A stretch of DNA of 64,000 nt from a bacterium (GTDB lineage Bacteria; Patescibacteriota; Minisyncoccia; UBA6257; 02-FULL-45-10c), in the NCBI GenBank assembly GCA_021786945.1, contig JAJYMK010000001.1:64794-128793 (forward strand), in the 5' to 3' direction. The notes under the pieces are model-generated. The model was not told where the DNA came from. It saw only the letters and a list, made by a program, of their open reading frames with translations, and did not search any database. Positions 56,329 through 64,000 of the stretch are shown in pieces (within the stretch, counting starts at the first letter, position 1; each line of letters starts with the position of its first letter). The translations under genes and the position numbers were made by a program.

Positions 56329-57189
56329 TTAAACCCGCTCTACCATACTCTTAAAACCAAGCTCTTCAAAATATTTTTTAATAACTTCTTTATTTAGCCC
56401 ATTAAACTTTAAATCTTCTAGGGAAATTTCCAGCGGGGCATCTCTTTTTATAGCGGCCAGCTTTTTGGACATAAACGCCATCTCTTTATTGGCTGCTAAC
56501 TTTTCCTTCAAGGCTTTTTTGGAAATCAATTCAATGTCTTCGTAAATTTTTTCAACCGTGGCATATTCCTTTATCAAATCCGTAGCGCCCTTCGGACCAA
56601 TTCCTTTCACTCCGGGAATATTATCGGAAGCATCGCCAACCAATGCCTTGTAATCCACCAATTGTCGCGGCGAAAATCCGTAATCCTGCAAAAACACCGG
56701 CTCATTATATACCACCGTTTTACTGACTCCTGTTTTCAAAAGCTCGACAACGACCTTATCGCCGTCAACCAGTTGCAAATTATCCTTATCGCCTGAAAAA
56801 ATAACCACTTTTATATCCGGCTCGGCTTTAAATTTCTCGGCCAAAATACCGACAATATCATCGGCTTCCAATCCTGCTTTTTCCACTACTTTTACTCCAA
56901 ATTTTTCAAAAGTATTATGCGCTTCACCTAACTGCGGCACCAACAAATTGTCGGTTGGCGGCCTGTGCGCTTTATATTCTTTAAAAATTTCATCGCGGAA
57001 AGTCGGTTCAGGTCTGTCGAAAGCGGCAGCAATATAGTCAGGATTGTGCTCCCTTAAAATTTTCAAAAGAATGCTTGAAAGACCATAAACAGCATTGATC
57101 GGCTCGCCTTTTAAAGAAGTTAGTGGTGGCAAAGCATGGAAAGATCTGTGAATCAGAGAATTCGCGTCAATTAAAAGAAGTTTTTTCAT
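56329..57189 (-). CDS. 5'-3' exonuclease (Pol I N-terminal domain, separate ORF)
   Basis: LID.N...HR.FHA, YKAHR, EADD, GDKD and GDASDNIPGVKGIG motifs. Confidence 0.92.
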   Translation of the reverse strand: MKKLLLIDANSLIHRSFHALPPLTSLKGEPINAVYGLSSILLKILREHNPDYIAAAFDRPEPTFRDEIFKEYKAHRPPTDNLLVPQLGEAHNTFEKFGVKVVEKAGLEADDIVGILAEKFKAEPDIKVVIFSGDKDNLQLVDGDKVVVELLKTGVSKTVVYNEPVFLQDYGFSPRQLVDYKALVGDASDNIPGVKGIGPKGATDLIKEYATVEKIYEDIELISKKALKEKLAANKEMAFMSKKLAAIKRDAPLEISLEDLKFNGLNKEVIKKYFEELGFKSMVERV

Positions 57190-57193
57190 TATA

Positions 57194-57658
57194 TTATTTT
57201 ATATTAATTATACGCTCTTTTTCTTTTTTTGAATGACTCAAAAAAACCTTAATCGTGTCTTTCGGCAAATATTTTAAAATCTTTTCCGGCCATTCAATCA
57301 AAACAATATTTTCCGGATTTTTTATTATTTTTTTGAAATCCAAATCAATTATTTCTTTAGGTTTCTGGATTCTATATAAATCAAAATGAAAAATATTTTT
57401 GAATTTTAAATCTTTAATCTTTAATTTTAAATCACTTATCGGGTATCTCCTGAAAATCACAAATGTCGGGCTGGGCACGTGAGTTTTTATCCCTAAAGAT
57501 TTTATGAACCCTCCGGTAAAAGCAGTTTTTCCCGAACCTAAGTCGCCAACTAAAGCCAAAACCTTTGCATTTTTTCCGGTGGCTTGTGAAACTATCTTTT
57601 TTGCCAGTTTCGCGGCAAATTTCTGAGTTTGTATTTTTGATTTACTTACCATAACCAT
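57194..57658 (-). CDS. tsaE: tRNA t6A biosynthesis ATPase TsaE
   Basis: GDLGSGKT, SPTF, HFDLYR and IEWPE motifs. Confidence 0.92.
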   Translation of the reverse strand: MVMVSKSKIQTQKFAAKLAKKIVSQATGKNAKVLALVGDLGSGKTAFTGGFIKSLGIKTHVPSPTFVIFRRYPISDLKLKIKDLKFKNIFHFDLYRIQKPKEIIDLDFKKIIKNPENIVLIEWPEKILKYLPKDTIKVFLSHSKKEKERIINIK

Positions 57659-58830
57659 TATTTAGAGTATAAACTATTTAGCTTTTTTAGCGTCATCGGA
57701 CCCAATATTTTCGTAGCAACGGAAAGGTTAATTGGTTTTAGAATATCGCTGCTATATTTTTCCTGAAACTGGCCAATGGCCAATTTTGTACACTTCAAAA
57801 AATTACCTGTTATCGGACAATCCTTTAAAGAATAACTTTCTGGAGGATAAACCCCTTGCCCTACCAAAGCCAGCTGTAAAGACAAAACATTTTTATTGTT
57901 TTTTATTCCATAAATCAAACCACTATTCCATTTATTAGGTAAAAGAGTTGATTCGGCATAAATTTTTGATGAATCAAAATATTTTTTGACTCCAATGTAA
58001 GTCCTATACGCCAATTCGTTAAAAAATAATTTTCTTATAGAACTATTTAAAGCATAACTATCATAAATATACCCATATTCGATAAGTAACGATGGACTAA
58101 ACAAAGTATTTTTGGGTCCAATAGCTATAAGCTGCTGGTCTTCCACTATTCCTTTATTTTCTAAAGGAAGATCGCTGACAGCCAAAACTTTTTCAAGGTT
58201 GGGAAAAATAGATTTGGCTAGTTCATTGCTGAAAAAATAATTATTCAGCTGTTTTTCGGGAATATAAATACTGAATCCAGAATAATCTCCAGCCACATTC
58301 TTTTTCCTGCCGGCCACATCATTAAAATGCACATGAATTATCAAATCCATATTATTTTCGTTGGCCCAGGCATTAATTCCAAATAAACGCGTCGCCACTT
58401 CTTTTTTGGCGGTATTGTGTTCCACGCCGTCAACCCATTGAAAATCAGGAAAAAGATTGCTGAACCAATCGTTCGACAAAGAAACATATTTTTCTATCGC
58501 ATCTTTTTTGTCCGTAAAATAATTTTTAAATACCGGTAAATAGCCGCTTGAATCACGGGTAATATACGCATCAAAATTCGGATCATTTTTGAAATAATCA
58601 AAAAGATTTGTGGCTAGCTGCAAATTAAAAGTCTCTTCTTTTATGGTTTTGAATTCGGCGCCGGGATATTCTTTGTCATGCCCCGGAACTATCAAAATTC
58701 TTATTTTGTCATTAAAATATTTACCCTTAAAAGCATCTATATCCTGATTTGTAATTTCAAGACCAGCCGCATTAGCGGTAAAACCAATAAATAAAGAAAT
58801 AAATATTAAAATTTTTCCAAAAAAATTCAT
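57658..58830 (-). CDS. N-acetylmuramoyl-L-alanine amidase (Amidase_3) with C-terminal peptidoglycan-binding domain
   Basis: Signal peptide; PGH, E, HVHFN and LIEYGY motifs; C-terminal LQ..L...FQ...GP.T..KLN. Confidence 0.8.
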   Translation of the reverse strand: MNFFGKILIFISLFIGFTANAAGLEITNQDIDAFKGKYFNDKIRILIVPGHDKEYPGAEFKTIKEETFNLQLATNLFDYFKNDPNFDAYITRDSSGYLPVFKNYFTDKKDAIEKYVSLSNDWFSNLFPDFQWVDGVEHNTAKKEVATRLFGINAWANENNMDLIIHVHFNDVAGRKKNVAGDYSGFSIYIPEKQLNNYFFSNELAKSIFPNLEKVLAVSDLPLENKGIVEDQQLIAIGPKNTLFSPSLLIEYGYIYDSYALNSSIRKLFFNELAYRTYIGVKKYFDSSKIYAESTLLPNKWNSGLIYGIKNNKNVLSLQLALVGQGVYPPESYSLKDCPITGNFLKCTKLAIGQFQEKYSSDILKPINLSVATKILGPMTLKKLNSLYSK

Positions 58831-58860
58831 ATTTTTGATGTCTTCAAAAAAGATTAAAAA

Positions 58861-59343
58861 CTAAAATAATTTTCTGTCTAATTTCTTCTCTAATTGAAGA
58901 ATAACATAAACCGCAATTAACCCTAAAATCAGGCTCAAAAATACATCCAAAGCCAATATTCCGCCAAAAGGCTGCCTATATCCAGAGTTTATTATCTGCC
59001 CATTTTGAAATTCTGATTTTATTTCTATTGTTTTTTGGTTTACCACTAGCTTCCCCTCTTCGGCTGTGCCGACATAGCTTAATTTATCAATTAAAACTCC
59101 ATTTTGATCAAATAAAGAAATATCCTCGCCGTTATTGTTTAAAGAAATTTTCGTGGTTGAAGAAAAAAGCGATAATTCTTCTTTTGGCTTAACAATTCCG
59201 CTCAAAGAAAAAGACTTTCCCGAAGCATCGGTTATTTTCCAGCCGGCCAAATTAACCGATTTGTCGGAATCGTTAAAAATTTTTATATATTCGCCGTCTT
59301 TATCCGGCCCGACGGGATTAGGCAAAAATTCTTTAATCAACAT
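58861..59343 (-). CDS. Lamin-tail domain protein with C-terminal TM
   Basis: EFLPNP.G.D...EY, LAGWKITD and LNNNGE motifs. Confidence 0.8.
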   Translation of the reverse strand: MLIKEFLPNPVGPDKDGEYIKIFNDSDKSVNLAGWKITDASGKSFSLSGIVKPKEELSLFSSTTKISLNNNGEDISLFDQNGVLIDKLSYVGTAEEGKLVVNQKTIEIKSEFQNGQIINSGYRQPFGGILALDVFLSLILGLIAVYVILQLEKKLDRKLF

Positions 59344-60514
59344 TTTCCAAAGTTTGGATTATTTTTCTTTTTTCCAGCCCGGCAATTTTGGTTTTTTCCA
59401 CATAACTTTTCATTTTATTGATCGTAAAATCATAAGTTGCGCAATCTACTGGATATGGCGTCGCATCTTTTCCTCCATGAGCAAAGCTATATCTGGCCGG
59501 ATCTTCATATGACGGCTTAGCGCCATAAATCACTTCACCAACCAAAGCCAAAGCACGCATAGTTTTTGGACCGACACCCTGCAAAGACAATAGTTTTTCG
59601 TAATTTTCCGGCTTTTCATCGCAAACTTTATATAAAATTTTTTCCAAATATTTACTCTTGCTGAAATCCTCATTGATAACCGGATGTGTATCAAATTCCT
59701 TATTTTCTAAATTCAATAAAATGAGCTGATTTGGCCCGATTCCCCATTTTGCCATCTGGCTTAAGTTAGAACTATGTTTTCTGAGCAGCTGAATATCCTT
59801 CATTAAAGTTTTATATCCTACTCCAACCATCTCCGTGCTTAGTTCCCTGGTTTTTTCGCTGTCCTTTGCCACCAAGTTTAAAACCGTGTCGCTATTTACT
59901 CCACCCACCTGCGAAATGCCCGAATGCGGCTCACAAACCAAGTCGTTTATATTTTCCGAATACCAGTGATACCTGCGCGCAGTCTGATTTCCTGTATTCA
60001 TTCCTTGCTGGACCACCGCCCACGCCCCCTCACTGCCTTTTTTATCCGAAGGTCTGCTGAAAAAGAAAGAATGGTGATAAATAGAATAGCCGTCCTGCAC
60101 CAAAGAGCTGTCCACCTTTGCGCTCATTTTAGAGTTATATATTAATGCATTGGTTTTTTCTTCACCTATTCCCAATCTATATCCCCAATTCGTAATTTCG
60201 TCCGGAACTTTCAGGGAAGTTTTTCCTTTTCCACCGCAAATAAAAATTCCCAGCTCTTTTTCCCGGCCACGGATAGCTTCTTTAAGCGCTGCGGTTAAAA
60301 TAGTGGTGAGTCCCGAAGCGTTCCAATCAAAAGCCAACACAGTTCCCAAAGACTGGAACCACACAGGATCCGCAATTCTTTTTATAAATTCATCCGGGCC
60401 CTCCTCGGCCACAATCACAGCCACCATTTCCCTGCCCAAAGCCACCATTCTATCGAATAGCCACTTAGGGCATTTTCCGTAATCAAGTGTGAATGTAGCA
60501 ATACCTCGTTGCAT
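59333..60514 (-). CDS. DUF763 family protein
   Basis: DP.WFQ, DW..SG.TT, GGKG, AKVD, QQGM and FAHGGKD..PYPV motifs. Confidence 0.9.
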   Translation of the reverse strand: MQRGIATFTLDYGKCPKWLFDRMVALGREMVAVIVAEEGPDEFIKRIADPVWFQSLGTVLAFDWNASGLTTILTAALKEAIRGREKELGIFICGGKGKTSLKVPDEITNWGYRLGIGEEKTNALIYNSKMSAKVDSSLVQDGYSIYHHSFFFSRPSDKKGSEGAWAVVQQGMNTGNQTARRYHWYSENINDLVCEPHSGISQVGGVNSDTVLNLVAKDSEKTRELSTEMVGVGYKTLMKDIQLLRKHSSNLSQMAKWGIGPNQLILLNLENKEFDTHPVINEDFSKSKYLEKILYKVCDEKPENYEKLLSLQGVGPKTMRALALVGEVIYGAKPSYEDPARYSFAHGGKDATPYPVDCATYDFTINKMKSYVEKTKIAGLEKRKIIQTLENVD

Positions 60515-60591
60515 GCCTAAATTTTACCACCAACAAATAAAAATACGAGTTTTGAGCTCGTATTTTTAATAAGCTATTTTAATTTAAGAAA

Positions 60592-61401
60592 CTATTTTAT
60601 TTCAGAAAGACATCTATTTTTAAAATTCAATAAATAATCTTTACCGACAATATTGTCATTTGGTAATTTAATATTTTCACACAACAATTTATCTCCTTTG
60701 TTTACCGCTATTTTATAAATACAATCAAATTTTTTTTCGAATGACCCGACATATTGCAAACATGGTTCAACATCATTTTTTGCAATAGCTATATTAGCAA
60801 CGCAGGTATCTCTAGCCACTGTACTACCCTCTGTAGCTATAATACACAAAGACAAATCTTTTGTGTTGTTTGCGATCCTTAAAACACAATCATTCTGCAC
60901 ATAAGAATCTTTAATTTGCCTACATGTATCAATATTATTGGTTACCACACCAAGATTAAAAAAACATTGATTCATTTGAGGAGTGGCCTGAAACGAAAAA
61001 CATGTTTTAATATCAAAGTCTTTGTTTATATCACTAATAATTCTACTATTACTTTGGTAAATAAAATAAGGAATAGAAACAATAATTGAAAAAACAATTA
61101 AAACAATACACTTTGTTACAATCCTATAGTTTTTATCTAACAAAAAAACCAATAAAACTCCGAGAATTGCATATTCAAGAGGATATAAAGATAACAATAA
61201 AGCACCACTAAAACTCGCTTGTTGTTGGTAAAGATAAAGTTGATTAAAACTAAATATAAAATTAGCTGGTGCTAAAAGAGGGCTCGCTCCCCAAAAAATT
61301 AATAAAAGAACCGCATCGCTTAAAATACCAAATAAACCACCAAAAAGAGCACCTTTCAATAATTTTTTAATTCTATTATTAGAAGCAAGTTCTTCGTTCA
61401 T
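60592..61401 (-). CDS. Membrane protein with Cys-rich helical repeats
   Basis: Three TM segments followed by repeated C..I......D.C...IA units. Confidence 0.65.
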   Translation of the reverse strand: MNEELASNNRIKKLLKGALFGGLFGILSDAVLLLIFWGASPLLAPANFIFSFNQLYLYQQQASFSGALLLSLYPLEYAILGVLLVFLLDKNYRIVTKCIVLIVFSIIVSIPYFIYQSNSRIISDINKDFDIKTCFSFQATPQMNQCFFNLGVVTNNIDTCRQIKDSYVQNDCVLRIANNTKDLSLCIIATEGSTVARDTCVANIAIAKNDVEPCLQYVGSFEKKFDCIYKIAVNKGDKLLCENIKLPNDNIVGKDYLLNFKNRCLSEIK

Positions 61402-61413
61402 AATTTTTAATTT

Positions 61414-62421
61414 TTAAAACAACTCCTCTCCCTTAGGATTCTTAATACCCAAATGTTTGTAAGCTTCCGGGGTGGCTACACGGCCAGCCGGAGTACGGAC
61501 CAAAAGACCAACACTCATAAGATATGGCTCGTAAACATCTTCAATAATTCCGCTGTCGTCGTTTAATGCAGCAGAAAGGGTCTGAATGCCCACCGGGCCG
61601 CCCTTAAACTTTTCAATAATAGTCATAAGTAATTGTCTATCCGTGGGCTCAAGACCTAAGTTGTCCACCTCCAACATTTCCAAAGTTTGTTTGGCAATTT
61701 CTTCATTTACGGTTGTGGCGTCGTTTACATCAGCAAAATCACGGACACGGCGGAGAAGCCTGTTGGCAGTTCTAGGAGTAAATCTGGAAGCCCTGGCAAT
61801 CACATTTAAAGCCTCTGGAGCAATTTCCAAATTCAAAAGCTTGGCGGACCTGTTTACAATCGCTTCAATATCGGGAATTTCGTAATAATCAAGTTTGAAG
61901 GTGGCGCCAAAACGGGAACGAAGCGGACCAGAAAGTAAATTCGCTCTGGTAGTGGCGGCAATCAAAGTAAATGGTGGGAGGTCTATGGCCAAAGTCCTGG
62001 CACCCGCGCCTTTTCCAACTATCAAATGCAATTTTCTGTTTTCCAAAGCAGGATACAAAACTTCTTCAATGGCTCGGTTCAGCCTGTGCGCCTCATCAAT
62101 AAACAAAACATCTCCTTTTTCCAAGTTGCTTAAAATTGCGGCTAGGTCTCCCATCTTTTCCAACGCCGGACCAGAAGTAATTTTTAAGTTCGCTCCCATT
62201 TCCCGGGCAATCAAATATGCCAAAGTGGTTTTTCCAAGACCTGCCTGTCCGTACAAAAGAAGGTGATCGCTCACTTCTCCTCTTTTTTTGGCGGCATCCA
62301 AAATAGTCTTCAAATTCTTTTTGATTTTGTGCTGGCCAACATAGTCATTCCAGCTGGACGGCCTCAAAGCCAAATCAATCACTTCATCTTCTTTTTTATT
62401 TACAGTCTTTTTGATATCCAT
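61414..62421 (-). CDS. ruvB: Holliday junction helicase RuvB
   Basis: LRP, G..GLGKTT, FIDE.HR, PLRSRFG and EPYL motifs. Confidence 0.96.
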   Translation of the reverse strand: MDIKKTVNKKEDEVIDLALRPSSWNDYVGQHKIKKNLKTILDAAKKRGEVSDHLLLYGQAGLGKTTLAYLIAREMGANLKITSGPALEKMGDLAAILSNLEKGDVLFIDEAHRLNRAIEEVLYPALENRKLHLIVGKGAGARTLAIDLPPFTLIAATTRANLLSGPLRSRFGATFKLDYYEIPDIEAIVNRSAKLLNLEIAPEALNVIARASRFTPRTANRLLRRVRDFADVNDATTVNEEIAKQTLEMLEVDNLGLEPTDRQLLMTIIEKFKGGPVGIQTLSAALNDDSGIIEDVYEPYLMSVGLLVRTPAGRVATPEAYKHLGIKNPKGEELF

Positions 62422-62454
62422 AAACTCTATAGTTATATTTTAACAGGTAATAGA

Positions 62455-63156
62455 TTATTTTAAACCTTCTTTGTTTTTATCCAGTTCCTGCTTATAACTC
62501 GCCAATTTTTCTTTATTTATTTTTGTTCTTTCAAAATCTACCGGTGTTATTTTTCTTATAGTTTTAGATTCAAAGTCGATATCGAAAACCATATCTTTCA
62601 ACTTCCACCCTCTTTCAACCCCGGCTTTTTCAAATTTATTCTTTAATTCTTCCATCTTCATTTCGGCTTCTTTCAGAATATTTTCCTTATCTTCCTTGTT
62701 TAAACCCATCTGGTCCAAAAAATCTTTTTCATACCAATTAATACCGGGAACTTTTTCCATCACAAATAAATAGTTACCATTATTTTCCGCTTTAGCGATA
62801 AGCCTTGGTGATGGCAGCCCTACTTCATTTAAAGCCTTAATAATTTCATATTCATAAAAAGGGTTTTTTGATTCTCCGATTTTGCCTTTTTTTACATTCA
62901 CTTTTTTACCAATCGTCATCAATATCTCCTCTTTATTTATCCAAGCCGGAAAGTTTTTAACAGCCGTAGGGTCCTCACGCACCATTCCCGCTTCGTCTTT
63001 TTTAATTTCTCCGGCTTTTATATTTTTACCCCACAACTCAAAATAACCCAATGGATCTTTTTTAAAATCTTCCGGAATAAAATCTTCAAAACCTCTCTCA
63101 ATTTCAATTTTATTTCTTGGTTCAGATTCTTTTTTAATAAAAAATCTTTCAAACAT
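62455..63156 (-). CDS. Hypothetical protein, possibly protein-kinase-like fold
   Basis: VMEKVPG hinge and VDFE motif, but no canonical HxD. Confidence 0.5.
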   Translation of the reverse strand: MFERFFIKKESEPRNKIEIERGFEDFIPEDFKKDPLGYFELWGKNIKAGEIKKDEAGMVREDPTAVKNFPAWINKEEILMTIGKKVNVKKGKIGESKNPFYEYEIIKALNEVGLPSPRLIAKAENNGNYLFVMEKVPGINWYEKDFLDQMGLNKEDKENILKEAEMKMEELKNKFEKAGVERGWKLKDMVFDIDFESKTIRKITPVDFERTKINKEKLASYKQELDKNKEGLK

Positions 63157-63288
63157 ATACCATAATTAAACCATCTTTATTTTTTTAAAGCAAAAATTAC
63201 TAATAAAAACAAAAAAACCGCGGAAAGCGGCCGATGGTGTAATATTTTTATTCCTAATACGTTGTATTTCTTGCTGTTTCTGAGGTAC

Positions 63289-63317
63289 TTGACAAAACCA
63301 GATATTCGTGCTATATT
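63289..63317 (+). promoter_or_regulatory. Sigma70 promoter (extended -10)
   Basis: TTGACA-N17-TATATT, with TG just upstream of the -10. Confidence 0.7.
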
Positions 63318-63335
63318 ATTTATATAAAGTTCGTT

Positions 63336-63502
63336 AAAAGAGTGTAACAGTCTGTGGGCGGGAATTAATTTTATACGGAAGATTTGGCTCCGGCGAGGTC
63401 TCTCCTATATGTAATTCTAACCTTCATATTTTTTCAAAATATAAAGCCCTACAAACTCTTGCCGCTACCACGGCAATTTGCCCACAGACTATTGCACTTT
63501 TT
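63336..63502 (+). ncRNA. Candidate 6S-like non-coding RNA
   Basis: About 23-bp closing stem pairing the two ends; strong promoter upstream and terminator downstream; no convincing ORF. Confidence 0.5.
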
Positions 63503-63507
63503 CCTGA

Positions 63508-63535
63508 AGCTACGCTCTACCAAGCGTAGTTTTTT
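63508..63535. terminator. Intrinsic terminator
   Basis: AGCTACGCT-ctacca-AGCGTAGTTTTTTT. Confidence 0.75.
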
Positions 63536-63558
63536 GTTATTAGCCTTTAAAGTACAAC

Positions 63559-64000
63559 TTACATCAACTCCTCTATCGGACCCGTAATCTTTTCTACTTC
63601 GTCAAAAGTGGTCAGTCCGGAAATCACTTTCAGAACTCCGTCTTCCTGCATAGTCACCATTCCTTCTTTCCTGGCAAAATCCTCTATCTTCAGCTCCCCG
63701 CCTCCGGATATCAGGATACTCTCAACTTCTTTGCTCACTTTCAATAATTCATATATACCCACCCTGCCTTTATATCCTGTTCCCCCGCATTTATCACATC
63801 CGACGGCCTTATATATATTCAACTCCCTAAATGCTACTTTGTCTACCCTGGAAGGAATTTTTTCAATATACCCTTCAATTTTTTTCTTCATTTCCGGATC
63901 TGGTTCAACCTTCTGTTTACAGGCGGTACAAAGACGTTTTATAAGTCTCTGGGCGATTATCAGGTTCATGGCCGGGCCGATGCTGGTAGTTTTTACACCC
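63559..64000 (-). CDS. GspE/PilB-type secretion ATPase, C-terminal part (5' end beyond the window)
   Basis: AQRL..RLC..C, GC..C.GTGYKGR.GIYE and GLTT..EV motifs. Confidence 0.9.
   Translation of the reverse strand, partial: GVKTTSIGPAMNLIIAQRLIKRLCTACKQKVEPDPEMKKKIEGYIEKIPSRVDKVAFRELNIYKAVGCDKCGGTGYKGRVGIYELLKVSKEVESILISGGGELKIEDFARKEGMVTMQEDGVLKVISGLTTFDEVEKITGPIEELM

Noticed and set aside
63384-63587. 67-aa plus-strand ORF
   Set aside because: TTG start, runs through a terminator and overlaps the convergent ATPase gene; an RNA structure explains the region better.

Overview
The window looks like a Patescibacteria (CPR, Parcubacteria-like) chromosome. It is AT-rich, most genes lack a Shine-Dalgarno sequence, polA is split, IleRS carries a phosphatase insertion, and there is a tRNA-Arg(GCG). 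Bases 1 to about 15,727 are the right arm of an apparently intact podovirus-like prophage. This arm encodes a scaffold, an SU10/DUF5309-like capsid, a beta-helix spike, a 14-aa-repeat fibre, an adaptor and nozzle, LysM and large ejection-type proteins, an amidase endolysin and holins, and it ends in a tRNA-3'-like att candidate. The rest is host DNA: mltG, ABC transporters, an ECF-sigma/MacAB-like locus, tRNAs, ileS, argS, smpB-tmRNA, infC-rpmI-rplT, DNA-repair genes (polX, endoQ-like, mutM, split polA, ruvA, ruvB) and a partial pilB/gspE. The most unusual signals are: (1) a complete tRNA-Arg nested, between inverted repeats, in the T-loop of a second tRNA-like gene; (2) a nucleotidyltransferase motif inside the phage ejection-type protein; (3) a shared RNA hairpin motif and attenuator-like switch flanking the scaffold-capsid genes; (4) a promoter/terminator-bounded 6S-like ncRNA; (5) a uORF with switchable structure ahead of smpB; (6) a two-site ECF promoter motif. 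All calls come from reading the sequence by eye; no database searches were run.
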